DNA from: Gemmatimonadales bacterium
GTDB lineage: Bacteria; Gemmatimonadota; Gemmatimonadetes; Gemmatimonadales; GWC2-71-9
Assembly: GCA_040007575.1 (NCBI GenBank)
Contig: JBDTUV010000002.1
Coordinates: 1-33,275, forward strand
DNA: 33,275 bases
Reading direction: 5' to 3'
Position numbers and translations under genes: made by a program. Shown in pieces: positions 32,581-33,275 of the stretch. The notes beneath the pieces were generated by a model. That model saw only the letters and a list, made by a program, of their open reading frames with translations, searched no databases and was not told where the DNA came from. Each line of letters starts with the position of its first letter. Within the stretch, counting starts at the first letter, position 1.

Positions 32581-33252
32581 ATGGCTACAACGCTTCATGG
32601 GGCCAGCCGGGCCTTCATCCTCGTTCTCTCTGGCGCACTCGCCTGTGGCGGTGGGGACCTGCTGCTGCCCGATCCTCCCGGCGCGGCCGCAGTGGTCCTC
32701 ACCAAGGCGGGCGGCGATAACCAGGTGGGGGTAGTGGGGGAGCAGTTGGAGAAGCCGTTGGTCGTGAAGGTGACGGCGGGCCAGCAGCCCGCCGTGGGCA
32801 AGGAGATCCGGTTCGTGTTCACCGACGCGGCCGGCGTGGTCACCCCTTCGCAGGCCGTCACCAACAGCGCGGGAGAGGCCAGCGCCAAATGGCGTCTCGG
32901 CAGCGCGCCTGGCCCGCAGACCGTAGTCGCCCAGCTCGTAGTGGCCGATACGGTCGAGCCCCAGGTCCAGGAGTTCACCGCCCAGGCGGGACCGGGTGCG
33001 CCGGACACTCTGAGCCCGGCTCCGGGGAGTCCCACCAGCCAGCCCGGCCGCCGCGGCCAGGAGGTGGGTACCCACCCCGTGATCCAGGTGGTAGACCGGT
33101 TCGGCAACGCAGTGCCCCAGGTGTCGGTGGCGTGGCAGGTCACCAGCGGTGGCGGGGAGGTAAGCGAGGCGATCAGCTTGACCGACGCGGCCGGCAAGGC
33201 CACGGTAAAGTGGACCCTGGGGAACAAGAGGGGCATTCAGCGACATCGCTGA
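32581..33252 (+). CDS. Lipoprotein with two Ig-like (Big_1/invasin-type) domains
   Basis: Signal sequence AFILVLSGALAC-GGG. Two repeats follow the pattern GGDNQ.G..G..L..PL.V.V....G.....V.F......G........TN/D.AG.A...W.LG. Confidence 0.7.
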   Translation: MATTLHGASRAFILVLSGALACGGGDLLLPDPPGAAAVVLTKAGGDNQVGVVGEQLEKPLVVKVTAGQQPAVGKEIRFVFTDAAGVVTPSQAVTNSAGEASAKWRLGSAPGPQTVVAQLVVADTVEPQVQEFTAQAGPGAPDTLSPAPGSPTSQPGRRGQEVGTHPVIQVVDRFGNAVPQVSVAWQVTSGGGEVSEAISLTDAAGKATVKWTLGNKRGIQRHR

Positions 33253-33269
33253 ATGCCCTTTCTGTTTCC
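33231..33269 (+). terminator. Rho-independent terminator
   Basis: Perfect 12-bp stem GGGCATTCAGCG / CGCTGAATGCCC with a 4-nt loop (acat), followed by TTTCTGTTT. The stop codon 33250-33252 lies in the descending arm. Confidence 0.7.
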
Positions 33270-33275
33270 TGCGCG

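Overview
GC-rich bacterial chromosomal window (third codon positions mostly G/C). Many lipoproteins and Ig-like 'GDNQ' surface proteins suggest Gemmatimonadota or a related FCB/Acidobacteria-type lineage, but this is a low-confidence guess. I found no rRNA, tRNA, CRISPR, transposase, integrase or recognisable defence genes. The gene content falls into five blocks. (1) A minus-strand operon at 6727 to 1 encodes a polytopic-membrane Ser/Thr kinase, a TLC-type nucleotide transporter, a purple-acid-phosphatase-like metallophosphoesterase and an Omp85/D15-like outer-membrane protein. The last ORF runs off the left edge and is missing from the supplied ORF track. (2) Small housekeeping-type genes: a lipoprotein, a NUDIX hydrolase, a SAM methyltransferase and a receiver-only response regulator. 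(3) A metzincin lipoprotein translationally coupled to a Cys-rich DUF6438-like lipoprotein. (4) A peptide/oligosaccharide-type ABC importer with two permeases and no ATPase. Its binding-protein gene is divergent and heads a roughly 11-gene, tightly overlapping plus-strand enzyme operon (14507-25978): HddA-like GHMP kinase, heparinase II/III-like protein with a CBM9-like tail, class-III aminotransferase, a hyper-acidic 69-aa protein, an amidohydrolase pair, a DapA-like aldolase, a DHODH-like TIM barrel and an OSBS/NAAAR-type enolase. (5) Downstream genes: GH38 alpha-mannosidase, a YkgJ Cys-cluster protein, an M19 dipeptidase, SURF1, an OM beta-barrel protein and an Ig-like lipoprotein. The observations most worth a second look are the uncharacterised enzyme operon, the acidic ORF with the window's strongest Shine-Dalgarno, the amidohydrolase whose HxH motif lies upstream of any canonical start (ATAG stop/start overlap), and a degenerate amidohydrolase paralogue. 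Also notable are a single in-frame TGA between the phosphoesterase and Omp85-like ORFs, and a dispersed composite repeat (a GTCATCC..GAG..GAACGACCG module plus tandem heptamers) that overlaps gene starts and ends. All functional calls come from reading motifs by eye; no database search was possible.
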